Of a DNA stretch of 64,000 nucleotides, positions 32,519 to 41,205 are shown one piece after another. The position numbers and the translations under genes were made by a program. Under the pieces are notes generated by a model. The model was not told the origin of the DNA and made no database searches. It was given only the letters and a program-made list of their open reading frames with translations. How positions within the stretch are numbered: position 1 is the stretch's first letter; every line of letters starts with the position of its first letter. Source of the stretch: a candidate division WOR-3 bacterium UBA5631. GTDB lineage: Bacteria > Hydrothermota > Hydrothermia > UBA1063. Where the stretch lies: the NCBI GenBank assembly GCA_002421425.1, contig DIJZ01000020.1, positions 825-64,824 on the forward strand, written 5' to 3'.

Positions 32519-32563
32519 GAGTTAAGAACTCCTTTTGCAGTGTAGCGCATATTTCAGGATCCC

Positions 32564-32983
32564 CTACATCTCATACTGGCTCCTTACCGTTGTAACTCTG
32601 TATTCCCTTTGAATTCCGGTCCTCGCATCAAGCCATCGGATTATTGTTCTGATAGTGCGAGTTCCATCTGCATTTTCTGCAATATTCCACATTGTCGTGA
32701 AAGCGATGTTATCAAGAGTATCAACCACGGAATGGTCTGGGTTGTCAACATCATCAAGATCATTGTTATCTCCGTCATTAGCAAGTTCAGGAGCATCAAA
32801 AGATACTCCCTTCAGAGCTTCAGAATGGCGCTCTGCCAGAAACCGGGCATTTAACATCTGATTCTGGAGATTGTTGAGCCTTATCGTAGCAATGGCCAGA
32901 GGAATCACGCCCATAAGTCCAATTGTGAGTATAGTAAGTGCCACCAATACTTCGATCAATGTGTAACCTTTACTTTTCTTCAT
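32564..32983 (-). CDS. pilV: PilV-like minor pilin
   Basis: MKKSKG|YTLIEVLVALTILTIGLMGV. The internal Met is the preferred start; the ORF track extends to 33028. Confidence 0.6.
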   Translation of the reverse strand: MKKSKGYTLIEVLVALTILTIGLMGVIPLAIATIRLNNLQNQMLNARFLAERHSEALKGVSFDAPELANDGDNNDLDDVDNPDHSVVDTLDNIAFTTMWNIAENADGTRTIRTIIRWLDARTGIQREYRVTTVRSQYEM

Positions 32984-33512
32984 GCCATGCTCCCCTCCAG
33001 GAGTATACCCTGACCTGTCCAAAGGCATTTACTCCGATACACATCAGATTCCTGTTATCGTTGATGTAAATTTCACCCGGCGTCTCACAGAGGCCGAAAA
33101 CGGAAAATACCACCATGTTGTTTTCAGACCCCGTGCCAAACATAATCCCATCGGAGTCAATAGTACCTCCACCTAAACTAGTAGCAGAACCCAATCCGCC
33201 AAGATTCACCCTAGGACTAAAATAATTAGGATAACTGGCGAGGGTAGAATCAAGATTTGGCAAAGGCTTGTTCTGGTCCTCTATTCTAATTGTCACATTT
33301 TTACCATTAAAAATCAACGCTCGCCTGTTGCTGGCAGACATAGCTGTGGTTCTCTCTGTCTCAAGAAGGGCTTTGACCTTGAAGGCCTCATTTCGTAGCC
33401 TGTTTCTTGCAACCCACCGGTTACCTCCCCAGAAGGGAATCGCAATAACGACACTCATAATAAAGATCACAAGCAATATCTCAATGAGAGTCATGCCCTT
33501 CTTGAGCTTCAT
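32970..33512 (-). CDS. fimT: FimT/FimU/GspH-like minor pilin
   Basis: MKLKKG|MTLIEILLVIFIMSVVIAI; 180 aa. Confidence 0.6.
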   Translation of the reverse strand: MKLKKGMTLIEILLVIFIMSVVIAIPFWGGNRWVARNRLRNEAFKVKALLETERTTAMSASNRRALIFNGKNVTIRIEDQNKPLPNLDSTLASYPNYFSPRVNLGGLGSATSLGGGTIDSDGIMFGTGSENNMVVFSVFGLCETPGEIYINDNRNLMCIGVNAFGQVRVYSWRGAWHEEK

Positions 33513-33523
33513 CTTTCACATCC

Positions 33524-34720
33524 TTATTCTCTCACAACACTTGGTGTGAGGAATATCAAAATCTCTGACTTGCTCTTATCTACTTGATCTCTACCGAACA
33601 GATATCTGATAATAGGGATCCGCAGAATCAGCGGTAATCCTGACTTTGCTCTTTTGTCCTTGTCAACGATAACTCCACCTATCATGACTGTTTCGCCGTC
33701 GGAGATGGTAACTTTTGTCTCAGCCCCTCTTTTTGATGTAATAGGCTGACCTGCAGCTGAGTATCCAGTTAGATCGCCTGTCTCGGTCTTGATAGCCATA
33801 ACTACTTTTCCATCCGGGATTATATGTGGGGTGACTTCCAGAAGAACACCCGTCTCTTCAAACTGGACAATGGTGTTTCCAGCCATATCCCTTGATATTA
33901 CCGGAACCCTAATTTTTGAGTAGATGGATGCCTTTTCATTATCAAGTACCATAATCTTCGGTTCTGATATGGTATTTGCTTTGCTCTGCCCCTCAAGAGC
34001 TTCAATGGCTGCAGCAACTCTGTGCACATTCGTTCCGATGTATGCAACGGTAAGGAAATTTGGATTTTCGGGTGCATAATCATCAAGATTGACCGTCTGC
34101 CTATTTACATTCAACTGAGCACCCGGGTTACCACCATAGGTCAATCCAAACTGCGTACCAAGTTTTCTTGATTCATTGTAATCAACTTCGACAATTTTCC
34201 CCTGTATTAGAACCTGGGGATAAGGTTTATCTACCTGACTCAAAAGGTCTTCAATCTTGTAAATGTTGACTCTCAAATCGGTTACAATAAGGGCATTGGA
34301 AGATTCGTCTACCTTTATGTCACCTCTTGGAGAAAGTTGTGACTTCAGGACTTCAGCAACTCTGCGTGCGTCGGCATACCTCACCTTCAAAACCTTGATA
34401 TCCAGATCTGCGGCGGTTTTCAGCTGACCGAACTCCGATTGAGTCATAATGGTAATAACCCCCTCACTCTCTATCATTGCAAGACCATACGCATCGAGTA
34501 GAGATTTAAGTGCTAGCCTCCACGGAACATCCTTGATATTGAAAGTAACCTTCTGCGTAACGGAGGGGGTAGTAATTATATTAACTCTCCCGACTTCTGC
34601 AAAAGCTCTTAAAACAGTCTTTATATCCGCCTGCTCAACGCTCATAGTAATTCTGGCTTCCTGCGCGTAGACCAGCGACACAGCCATCAGTAAAAACACA
34701 AATTTTTTAAATAACTTCAT
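33524..34720 (-). CDS. pilQ: Type IV pilus secretin PilQ (short form, no AMIN domains)
   Basis: Signal ...SLVYAQ. Secretin C-domain ...VMIGGVIVDKDKRAKSGLPLILRIPIIRYLFGRDQVDKSKSEILIFLTPSVV. Confidence 0.8.
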   Translation of the reverse strand: MKLFKKFVFLLMAVSLVYAQEARITMSVEQADIKTVLRAFAEVGRVNIITTPSVTQKVTFNIKDVPWRLALKSLLDAYGLAMIESEGVITIMTQSEFGQLKTAADLDIKVLKVRYADARRVAEVLKSQLSPRGDIKVDESSNALIVTDLRVNIYKIEDLLSQVDKPYPQVLIQGKIVEVDYNESRKLGTQFGLTYGGNPGAQLNVNRQTVNLDDYAPENPNFLTVAYIGTNVHRVAAAIEALEGQSKANTISEPKIMVLDNEKASIYSKIRVPVISRDMAGNTIVQFEETGVLLEVTPHIIPDGKVVMAIKTETGDLTGYSAAGQPITSKRGAETKVTISDGETVMIGGVIVDKDKRAKSGLPLILRIPIIRYLFGRDQVDKSKSEILIFLTPSVVRE

Positions 34721-34734
34721 TACTAAACCTCCTT

Positions 34735-35520
34735 TTATTTTTTCTCTTCTGCTAATTTTAGTTCAATCCTTCTTGTGAATCCAAAATCTACAGTGGCAAA
34801 AATTACACGGTCGGACTCAATTTTCACAACCCGACCGTTTCTAACCCTATCCCCTTCTTTGAGTACGTAACCTACTCCCCTCCGATCCTGCAGCAGGGCA
34901 ACGTCTCCCTCTTCACTTCTAATCACACCAAGGAGTTTTGCCTCACTAACGTTCAAAAGTTCCTCTTCTCCTTCCATAGCTTCGGGCCGGAAAGGATCTT
35001 TTTTACCTCTTGACGAGTAGAAATACTTTTCTCCCAGTTCCAGTTTGTAAGCCTCTGCTTTGGGTTTCTCGGAAGGTTTCGCAGGCTCAGTATAAGTTTT
35101 CTGAGGTTCTTGCGTCTCCGTTCTATACGGTTCCTGGGTAACGCCTCCTACGAGAATCGTCAGCTTCCCCTCAGACTGTGCAACGGTGTAGGTCCGAAAG
35201 CCATCTACATCGAGGACAACTCTAGCCACAGGCACCGGGTCTCTTTGAAACTGTGCTCCTCTCATACGCTCAATGCCGCCTCTACCAACTACAAAGAGCT
35301 TCTCGCCGAGACCATAAGATACATTTATAAGGTCAATGACAATCCTGGGAGGGTTGGAAAGAGTAAAATGTTTGTATTCAGGGATACCCCCTGTGAATTG
35401 AAGCTCAACAAGAATACCTTCAGGTGTCTCCTTTATCGAATATGCACTGAGAGTATTTTGAGCCTGCAGAACTCCAGCAGAAAAGACAAAAAACGCTATA
35501 AAAGATAGTATTCTCTTCAT
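34735..35520 (-). CDS. pilP: AMIN-domain plus PilP-like pilotin/alignment protein
   Basis: Signal ...GVLQAQ. N-terminal half carries AMIN-like motifs (PPRIVIDLINV; ARVVLDVDGF). C-terminal ...EGDRVRNGRVVKIESDRVIFA resembles the PilP beta-domain. Confidence 0.5.
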   Translation of the reverse strand: MKRILSFIAFFVFSAGVLQAQNTLSAYSIKETPEGILVELQFTGGIPEYKHFTLSNPPRIVIDLINVSYGLGEKLFVVGRGGIERMRGAQFQRDPVPVARVVLDVDGFRTYTVAQSEGKLTILVGGVTQEPYRTETQEPQKTYTEPAKPSEKPKAEAYKLELGEKYFYSSRGKKDPFRPEAMEGEEELLNVSEAKLLGVIRSEEGDVALLQDRRGVGYVLKEGDRVRNGRVVKIESDRVIFATVDFGFTRRIELKLAEEKK

Positions 35521-36101
35521 TTCTTAGCACCTCCGCTAACACCGGCCGCAGGGTTGTATATGTAGCAAATCACTGTAAGTCTACCTCTCACGGTCTGCTG
35601 ACTTTCCTTGTCAGAACCAGAAAGTCGTTCAATCTGCAAATTTTCCACACTCATTATTCTCTCGGAGTTAGCAATAAAACTTATGAAGGTCCCGAGTTCA
35701 TGAAAACCACCCTGTACATCCATACTTACAGGATATTCCACGTACAACTCTTTTGGCCTTGCTGCCTGGGGTTTGAATCCCGTAATCTGAACTCCAGAAG
35801 TTATTGCCATACCCGTTATCTGAGCAAGCCACTCCTCCATTTTCTCTTCCTGTGGAAGGTATTTCTGAGTTTCCTGCCACAGAGCAAGGAGGGAATCTTT
35901 TTCCCTGATTATCCGGTCATAATCTTTGACATAATCCCTTAGATTCTGTACTTTTGTATATTGAGTTTTATACTGGCTCTCAACTTTCTTCAGTTCCCTG
36001 GATTTTGAAGCATAAACTGAATTCCAGAGAAAAAGAAAGGTGAGAACATAAACTATAACAGCTAACAACCATATTACTATCGGCGATTTAAGTTTCTCCA
36101 T
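35517..36101 (-). CDS. pilO: Type IV pilus assembly protein PilO
   Basis: N-terminal TM, coiled coil, then a ferredoxin-like C-domain. ATGA overlap with pilP. Confidence 0.65.
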   Translation of the reverse strand: MEKLKSPIVIWLLAVIVYVLTFLFLWNSVYASKSRELKKVESQYKTQYTKVQNLRDYVKDYDRIIREKDSLLALWQETQKYLPQEEKMEEWLAQITGMAITSGVQITGFKPQAARPKELYVEYPVSMDVQGGFHELGTFISFIANSERIMSVENLQIERLSGSDKESQQTVRGRLTVICYIYNPAAGVSGGAKK

Positions 36102-36109
36102 ATTCCCCT

Positions 36110-36556
36110 CTAATCAGTTTGGCGCTTAAGGTAAATTGTTGGAAGATTAGCATCTTTCCCCGGTGTGAGAGTATATCCAGTAATTTCTCCGTATCCCGGA
36201 CCCAGAACATTATCAAAATAGAATGCCTGAATTTTGACACCAATGTTTGATACCGGAGGGAATCCCTCGTAACCTGTTGTTGGATAAACGACAAAAGAAT
36301 AATCGCCAGTAGAATTGGTAGTAGTTTCAAGGACTGGACCCGTATATGGGTAGTCAGTAGATGGATCTCCTACAAGATAAAGTCTTGCGCCCACAGCCGG
36401 TGTCTCCACAAAGGTCGTTTCATTATGAACCGTATCTATGTACGCAATGATATAAGCAACCTTACCATTTAATGTCACGGACTTGTCGACATAATCACAA
36501 GACGAAAATAAAATAGCAACCACTACTGCAATACCAAGATATAAATACTTCTTCAT
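36110..36556 (-). CDS. Lipoprotein with carboxypeptidase-regulatory-like/transthyretin-like beta-sandwich, inserted between pilN and pilO
   Basis: Lipobox ...LFSSC. LNGKVAYI...STGDYSF pattern typical of CarboxypepD_reg folds. Confidence 0.45.
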   Translation of the reverse strand: MKKYLYLGIAVVVAILFSSCDYVDKSVTLNGKVAYIIAYIDTVHNETTFVETPAVGARLYLVGDPSTDYPYTGPVLETTTNSTGDYSFVVYPTTGYEGFPPVSNIGVKIQAFYFDNVLGPGYGEITGYTLTPGKDANLPTIYLKRQTD

Positions 36557-36570
36557 AATTGAACCTCCTT

Positions 36571-38187
36571 TTATTTCAGTTTTACATTTAACTCAAAACT
36601 TGCGTACCGCTCCTCCTGACTCCCTGCAACTTCAATAGACAGGAGGCTCACTGAATCTACAATTGCTGATTTCTTGAGATTTGTCATAAATTGTGAAATT
36701 CTCATGTTAGAAAGGGCCGCACCGGAAATATTAAGATAATCCCCGCTTCTCTTCAAAGAAGAAAGCCAGCATCCTGAAGGTAGCACCCTGTTAACCTCAT
36801 CAAGAAGTTGTACGTACCTTGTCCGGCCAATTTGAAGTTCTTTTATCAAATCAATTTTTCTTCTTGCGTCTTCGATCTCTCTTTTGAACCCACTAATTTC
36901 ATCAGCCTTCTTCTGAAGTTCCACCTCTTCAGCCTGAAGAGCCACAATTTGCTTCTTCAGTCCTGAAATTCTTCTTGAAGTGCCTATCGTAAGTCCCAGA
37001 ATTCCAATAACGATGAGTAACCATATAAACAGAGCTCCGACTACATGCGGGAGTATTGAGACCTCTTCTACAGCACCCACCGCTTCCATGCCACCTTCTT
37101 GTGGTATAAGGTTTATCCTGTGTTCTTTTCTGTAAAAGTGCAAAACATCCCCGAGGACTATTGGAAGTAGATGAATATTCTCCTTGAGTCCTTTGACTGG
37201 CTCTTCAACCGCAAACAGAGTCCCGAGATCCAGGAACTTTAGGTCTACTCCGTATTTGTTCTTAACAAAGGTACCAACACCGTAGAGCTGGCTTCCTCCT
37301 CCAGAAAGATAGAAATTGAATTTTGCACCAGCCTCTCCAAGGACAGGAACGAACTTCTCCGGGGAAAGGAACCGGTCGTGTAGGGACTCCATAGTCTCTT
37401 CGAAGGAACTCTTTTCGATATTAGCAGTCGGACCATTTATAGCAACCTCTTCAGCTTCTTCTACCCTGAGATCATAGAACCTCGATAGGTTATCGACATA
37501 GGATTTTATTCCCGAGGGAACTTCGAGCATCTGTTGGATTTGTCCATCTTTAATATGGATCAACAGTGCAACTTCGTACCCCATATGGAAGAACACATTA
37601 TCACCGGGTATGTTCTTAAGCCCAAGAGCTTCTATCACCCTGTACAGAGAGACAAGATCCGTAGTAACCATTACGGGTTCCAGTCCAGAAGCTCTCACGA
37701 TGTCCATTATATCGTAAATAAGGCTTAATTTTGCCGTCCCAACAAGAATATCCACTGACTCGGCAATCTGGCTCATGCCAAGTATTTCATAATCCCTGAC
37801 AATTTCCGTCGGATCAACGTGCAACTCTTCTTTTATCTTCCAGTCCACTGCTTCAGCAAGCTTCTCTTTCTTCTTATAGTAGGGAATCACCATCGCTTTA
37901 GACTTTACCTCTCCGCCGGCAACATTTACAATAACATTCGATACATCGGTACCCATTTTGGCAAAAGCATCCCTGATTTTATCTATTAAGACTTGCCTGT
38001 CAATTATGTCCTTCCCGAGAATGACATCAGGAGGAATTTTTTCCATGGAGAAAGCCCTCAAGATGATTTCTTTCTTGACTTTCTCAAAAAGAGCTAATTT
38101 TATGTACTTTGACCCTATATCTAACACAATCACGGGTCCTCTGGCTTTCCCCTTTAAGCCTTTCGTTACATTACCGATAAAAGCCAT
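36571..38187 (-). CDS. pilMN: PilM-PilN fusion protein (actin-like ATPase-fold PilM, then TM plus PilN periplasmic domain)
   Basis: VIVLDIGSKYIKLALFE (PilM) at the N-terminus. INLIPQEGG, TM ALFIWLLIVIGILGL and a C-terminal PilN-like domain. Confidence 0.75.
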   Translation of the reverse strand: MAFIGNVTKGLKGKARGPVIVLDIGSKYIKLALFEKVKKEIILRAFSMEKIPPDVILGKDIIDRQVLIDKIRDAFAKMGTDVSNVIVNVAGGEVKSKAMVIPYYKKKEKLAEAVDWKIKEELHVDPTEIVRDYEILGMSQIAESVDILVGTAKLSLIYDIMDIVRASGLEPVMVTTDLVSLYRVIEALGLKNIPGDNVFFHMGYEVALLIHIKDGQIQQMLEVPSGIKSYVDNLSRFYDLRVEEAEEVAINGPTANIEKSSFEETMESLHDRFLSPEKFVPVLGEAGAKFNFYLSGGGSQLYGVGTFVKNKYGVDLKFLDLGTLFAVEEPVKGLKENIHLLPIVLGDVLHFYRKEHRINLIPQEGGMEAVGAVEEVSILPHVVGALFIWLLIVIGILGLTIGTSRRISGLKKQIVALQAEEVELQKKADEISGFKREIEDARRKIDLIKELQIGRTRYVQLLDEVNRVLPSGCWLSSLKRSGDYLNISGAALSNMRISQFMTNLKKSAIVDSVSLLSIEVAGSQEERYASFELNVKLK

Positions 38188-38201
38188 TCTAAAACCCCCT
38201 T

Positions 38202-39449
38202 TTATTTGCTTTCCTCAACGAAAGCATTCAAAACCTTGTTTAATAAAACTTCATCGATCTTTTCCCCTAACCTCTTGTACGTCAAAAGCTCTCTAACCAC
38301 TGTCTCAATCTTTTTCAGATTCAACCCCGGCCTTTTAACTATTTGATCAATTATGCTCACCGGAAGCCCTTCTTCACCCATAAAGTTCTTAACAACTTCT
38401 CTTTTGAGTTCCACTGTAGGCTCCTCAATCCCTATGCCCATAAATCCATTTAGTAACGACTTTATTTTCTTACTGAGAGTAGGCATATCTTTTAAAGGCT
38501 GGGCGGAAGTAATAACCACCTGTTTATCCTGCGAAACAAGTTCAGAAAGAACTGTAAAGAGGGCTTCCTGAGCGAAGTCTTTTCCAACCAGAAAATCAAG
38601 ATCATCAAAAAGAAGAAGGTCAGTGTCGCTCAACATGCCAAGGTACCTCTCCAGCTCCCTTTCAGTCTTAAGCCCTTTCAAAGTCGTTACAAACTTAAAG
38701 GCATCAATGTATATAAAACGCCTTAGCGCTTCATTCTCAAGAATATAGTTGGCAATGGACTGCAAAAGATGTGTTTTGCCCGTTCCATCATGTCCGTAAA
38801 TGAAAACCCTTCTTTCTGCTACCCCTCTGGTCTCTGCAAGGTCTTTACACAATAGAAAAGCATGCCGATTAGATTCACCGGTAACATAATTCTCAAAGAC
38901 TTTATCCTTCGCTATTAGAACTCCAATTTCTCTTCTCACTCTCTCCACACCAAACGGTTCCTGGATTCTCTCCTCTCCTCCTGCTTCGACGTAATATTTT
39001 TCGATGGCTTCCCGGATTTCGCTGATGGTTGAGATAAATGGCCTTATCTTCAAATCAGTTACGTTCTTTATCTCAGCAAGCATTTCTTTGTTAACAGGGT
39101 TTGCCATGGCAACGGCGAGAGACTTGCCCTTCTTTCTTATTGGAATCAAAAGATACTTTCTTGCAACTCTTCCTGGGATATGCTCAACTGCTTCGGGGTC
39201 TATATCAATATCCTTGAGCCTTACATAGTGAAGCATTGGAAAACTATCAAGAATGAACTTTACAAGTTGCTCCTCGTTTAGAAATCCCTTTTCCACTAAA
39301 ATCTCTTCAAGGGTCCCTCCCCTTTCCCATTGCTCAGTAAGGGCTGTTTTTATAGCTTCCTTAGTTATAACTCCGCTCTTTTCCAGCAAATCTATAAAGG
39401 TAACCTTAGTACCGGTTTTCTCATCAGCTTTCACATCTTTCCTTATCAT
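38202..39449 (-). CDS. Fusion of a T2SSE_N/MshEN-like N-terminal domain with a DnaA/Hda-type AAA+ module (no DnaA domains I, II or IV)
   Basis: Residues ~15-150 resemble the GspE/PilB N1 domain with two MshEN-like 24-mer halves (TFIDLLEKSGVITKEAIKTALTEQ and TLEEILVEKGFLNEEQLVKFILDSF). The C-terminal module shows DnaA domain III traits. These are ENYVTGESNRHAF, Walker A GHDGTGKTHLL, Walker B LLLFDDLDFL, sensor-1 VVITSAQ, and box VII/sensor-2 ...NLKKIETVVREL. Confidence 0.7.
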   Translation of the reverse strand: MIRKDVKADEKTGTKVTFIDLLEKSGVITKEAIKTALTEQWERGGTLEEILVEKGFLNEEQLVKFILDSFPMLHYVRLKDIDIDPEAVEHIPGRVARKYLLIPIRKKGKSLAVAMANPVNKEMLAEIKNVTDLKIRPFISTISEIREAIEKYYVEAGGEERIQEPFGVERVRREIGVLIAKDKVFENYVTGESNRHAFLLCKDLAETRGVAERRVFIYGHDGTGKTHLLQSIANYILENEALRRFIYIDAFKFVTTLKGLKTERELERYLGMLSDTDLLLFDDLDFLVGKDFAQEALFTVLSELVSQDKQVVITSAQPLKDMPTLSKKIKSLLNGFMGIGIEEPTVELKREVVKNFMGEEGLPVSIIDQIVKRPGLNLKKIETVVRELLTYKRLGEKIDEVLLNKVLNAFVEESK

Positions 39450-41200
39450 TGTACACTACTCCTTAAAGATTTAACCTTTTCCGCCACACTCTTAAAATTT
39501 GAATCAAAGACGTAAACCCTGGTATACAACTCCTTTGCCTCCAGAAACCTTTTCATGCTTTCAAGGGTCTGGGCAAGATAATAATACGCTTCAAGGTAAT
39601 CCTTCTCCATATATCCTACCTCCTCAACAGCCTTTCTCAGTATAACCTCAGCAAATTCTAAATCACCCCTTTCATAGAAGATCTTCCCAAGGAGTATCAT
39701 AGCCTGAAGCCGAAACCTCGGATCATTAAGCAGCTTCTGAAGTTCCTCCACCGCCGCCTGATAAAGCTTCATCTCATAGTACTCCTTCGCCACGTCAAAA
39801 GCAGGATCCTGAGGATATGGCCATTCTTCGAAAGTGAGGATGTCTTCCTTCAACTCTCTAAGTACTTTAAGTAAATACTCAAAATGTTCCCTGTCGGGTA
39901 TTCTCTCAACCCTCTCATAAATGGGTTGTTCCTCCTTCTTGCCTTCTTCTGTCTCTACCTCAGGTGGTCTCTTCTGGGTGGTTTTTGTGACAGGTTCGGA
40001 CTTTATTTCCATCACTTCCTGAGGGATCTTTAACTCCTCTCGCTTTTCTGTTACTTTACGCTTCTCTGTTTCTTTCTTCTCAGTAATCTTCAAAAATTCC
40101 TCAAAAGATTTCCTTAAAACTTCGGGGTTCTCTTCCGACTTCAAAACCTCCTCCAGAGCAGGGGGCTTCTCTTCGGTGATAATTTCCTCTTCCTTTTTCG
40201 GAACTTCTTCAGGAACAACTTTCTCCCACAGCTTTTGCTCTTCCTCAACTTCTTCAGGGACCTCCTCCTCCACTACAGTCTTGAATCCTTCCGCTGGAGG
40301 TGCCTCCTTCGCAATAACAGGCTCTTCAACTACTTGTGTTTTTTCAGATACTTCCTCAACGGGCATTGCCTCCTGCGGAGGCGGTGTCTCTACAACTTCA
40401 GGTTGCTGCAACGGGACTTCCTCAGAAGGCTTCTCAACCCCGAGGAAATCTGCAAAACCAGATGATGTGATAAAGGTTTCTGGTTCTTCCTCTTCTTTTT
40501 CCACGAATTCAACCTTTTCGACTTCTTGCTCCTCTTCTCTCTTTTTTGCAGCCTTCTTTTCCACTTCAGAAGTTCCACCGTGTTCCTCGGGTCCAAAAAA
40601 ACCACCATATGAACCAAAATCACCCTTTTCAAAGAACTCCTGAGGTTCTGCAAATTCTATGCCCCCATCCAGACTCATTATAGAAAGGGACTCTGCCAGC
40701 TCCTGTAGTCGAACAAATAACCTCTCAAACTTTGCGGCTTGCTCGGTGTTCTCCTGAATCGCATTCGCAAATTCATTTATTAATCTTAGCAGTTTACCAA
40801 CATATGTCGGGTCAATAGTCGGCAGCTTAATAAGTTCCAGTGCCCAGTCCAGTGCCTTATCGACATTCCCGTTCTCCAGTTCCATTTCTACGAGGTCAAG
40901 ATACGTATCATATTTTTCTTTATCGAGTCTAATTATCTTCTTTGCAATGGAGATAGCGATTTCTCTGAAGTCCTGTTCCTTATACATTCTGTAAGCTTTT
41001 TCTAAGTTTTCCAGCGCAAGTTCGTGGTTCTGCTTCCGAATATAAAGGTCTCCGATAGAGTTGAATACTTCGGGATCCGCTGTAACTTTTGCCAAATCTT
41101 TGAGAACCTGCAAAGCTTCATCGTACTTGCCCTGACCAATTAGTTTTTGAGCCTGCAGTTTTAGTTTTTTAACGTCAGAACCACCACTCTTAAATATCAT
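39446..41200 (-). CDS. TPR-repeat protein with central polyacidic E/P/V-rich low-complexity region
   Basis: TPR-like helices at both ends. Residues ~200-420 are rich in EEV/PEE repeats. ATGA coupling to the downstream MshEN-DnaA gene. Confidence 0.6.
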   Translation of the reverse strand: MIFKSGGSDVKKLKLQAQKLIGQGKYDEALQVLKDLAKVTADPEVFNSIGDLYIRKQNHELALENLEKAYRMYKEQDFREIAISIAKKIIRLDKEKYDTYLDLVEMELENGNVDKALDWALELIKLPTIDPTYVGKLLRLINEFANAIQENTEQAAKFERLFVRLQELAESLSIMSLDGGIEFAEPQEFFEKGDFGSYGGFFGPEEHGGTSEVEKKAAKKREEEQEVEKVEFVEKEEEEPETFITSSGFADFLGVEKPSEEVPLQQPEVVETPPPQEAMPVEEVSEKTQVVEEPVIAKEAPPAEGFKTVVEEEVPEEVEEEQKLWEKVVPEEVPKKEEEIITEEKPPALEEVLKSEENPEVLRKSFEEFLKITEKKETEKRKVTEKREELKIPQEVMEIKSEPVTKTTQKRPPEVETEEGKKEEQPIYERVERIPDREHFEYLLKVLRELKEDILTFEEWPYPQDPAFDVAKEYYEMKLYQAAVEELQKLLNDPRFRLQAMILLGKIFYERGDLEFAEVILRKAVEEVGYMEKDYLEAYYYLAQTLESMKRFLEAKELYTRVYVFDSNFKSVAEKVKSLRSSVQ

Positions 41201-41205
41201 AATGT

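Noticed and set aside
38202-39449. Interpretation as the chromosomal replication initiator dnaA
   Set aside because: It lacks DnaA domain I/II and the C-terminal DNA-binding domain IV. There is no dnaN neighbour or DnaA-box cluster, and the N-terminus is a secretion-ATPase N1 domain.
40176-40643. Ser-rich 155 aa plus-strand ORF
   Set aside because: Antisense to the GAA/GAG-rich acidic tract of the TPR protein (TTC/CTC gives Ser/Phe runs).
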